NCBI RefSeq assembly: GCF_036321535.1
Contig: NC_087436.1
Location: 95,668,001-95,732,000 of the forward strand
Source: Camelus dromedarius
Lineage: Eukaryota
Direction: 5' to 3'
Length of the DNA: 64,000 nt
Within the stretch, counting starts at the first letter, position 1; each line of letters starts with the position of its first letter. Shown one piece after another: positions 63,337-64,000 of this stretch. The notes under the pieces are model-generated. The model searched no databases. It was not told the DNA's origin and saw only the letters and a list, made by a program, of their open reading frames with translations. The position numbers were made by a program, and so were the translations under genes.

Positions 63337-63591
63337 CCTACGCATGAACCTAGAGCCTGGCATTTAAAAGTGCATTTTGCTCGAATCAGGTCACAGGTCC
63401 AGCCTGTCAACATCAACGTCTTCACCGCGTTTGCTCTGTAGCATCCTCACGTCTGAGAGGCAGGCCCCCTTCCACAGGGCCTTGTACAGGTCACGGATAC
63501 AATTGTGGACTCGGCTGGCCAAGGACAAAATCCAGGTCAGATAAATTAAATCCCTAACTTCTAGGCTCATCTCAATCCATTATAATTACAG

Positions 63592-63712
63592 CAGTAGTTC
63601 TCCATCCTGATTAACTTTAAAATCACAGGGGAGCTTAAAAGACAACAAAAAAACTTAAAAAAAAAAAAATCTCCAGGTGATTCTAATGTGCAACCAGGGC
63701 TGAGAACCACCA
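63592..63712. mobile_element. MER5-family element
   Basis: 'cagtagttctcc...aatcacaggggagctt...ccaggtgattctaatgtgcaaccagggctgagaaccac'. Confidence 0.85.
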
Positions 63713-63719
63713 TCTAGAG

Positions 63720-64000
63720 GTCTTACTAGTTTAACCTGTTAAATTAACCCAAGTGAGTTCTCCCGCCCATGTAACTTTAACTTCCGTATGTTACTGTGAA
63801 AGATGTTACCAAAAGCTTTGCTGACATCAAGGTATGTTTTTCTACAGCTTGGTCATTGCACTTTTCAAATCATAAAATTATATTGGCCTAGCATGACATG
63901 CTTTTAAGAAAATGTAATCATTTTAGAGATCACCTTTCAAATATGTTTACAATCTGCTAAGGAATTTTGCCTGGGGTCGATTTTAAGCTCACAAAATTGG
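63720..64000 (-). mobile_element. CR1/L3 LINE fragment
   Basis: 'gtgaaagatgttaccaaaagctttgctgacatcaaggta...gcatgac...ctaaggaattttgcctggggtcga' resembles the reverse-strand L3 RT segment (LDFSKAFD region). Confidence 0.6.

Noticed and set aside
1..64000. CRISPR arrays, operons or other prokaryote-type systems
   Set aside because: The sequence is clearly mammalian (L1/L2/MIR/MaLR); no regularly spaced repeat-spacer array or gene-dense region is present.

Overview
This 64 kb window is mammalian genomic DNA with no protein-coding exon, RNA gene or pseudogene that I can recognise, so it is intronic or intergenic. Two tRNA-derived SINEs (head GGGAGGGTATAGCTCA..., one with an AAACCTAATTACCTCCCC tail) match the camelid Vic-1 type. 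Together with cetartiodactyl-type L1 3' ends and no visible Alu, Bov-A/BovB, PRE-1 or Can-SINE, they point to a camelid genome. Much of the window is decayed transposable elements: L1, L2, MIR, CR1/L3, MLT1 and MER21 LTRs, and hAT/Tigger DNA elements, several nested with visible target-site duplications. The listed ORFs are short, resemble no protein I recognise, and many lie in repeats. The most notable non-repeat signals are: a near-perfect 38-bp duplication 2.7 kb apart that carries a minus-strand splice acceptor with consensus donors downstream (possible spliced non-coding transcript); a perfect 12-bp inverted repeat of MEIS+homeodomain sites; a triple AGTTCA DR4/IR3 element; a strong CTCF site with upstream motif; a FOX:ETS composite; an A/T-rich MEF2/TATA cluster; and a CpG micro-island with an E2F site. 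Repeat family names come from recalled consensus motifs, not database searches, and boundaries are approximate. I see no firm evidence of a new biological system.
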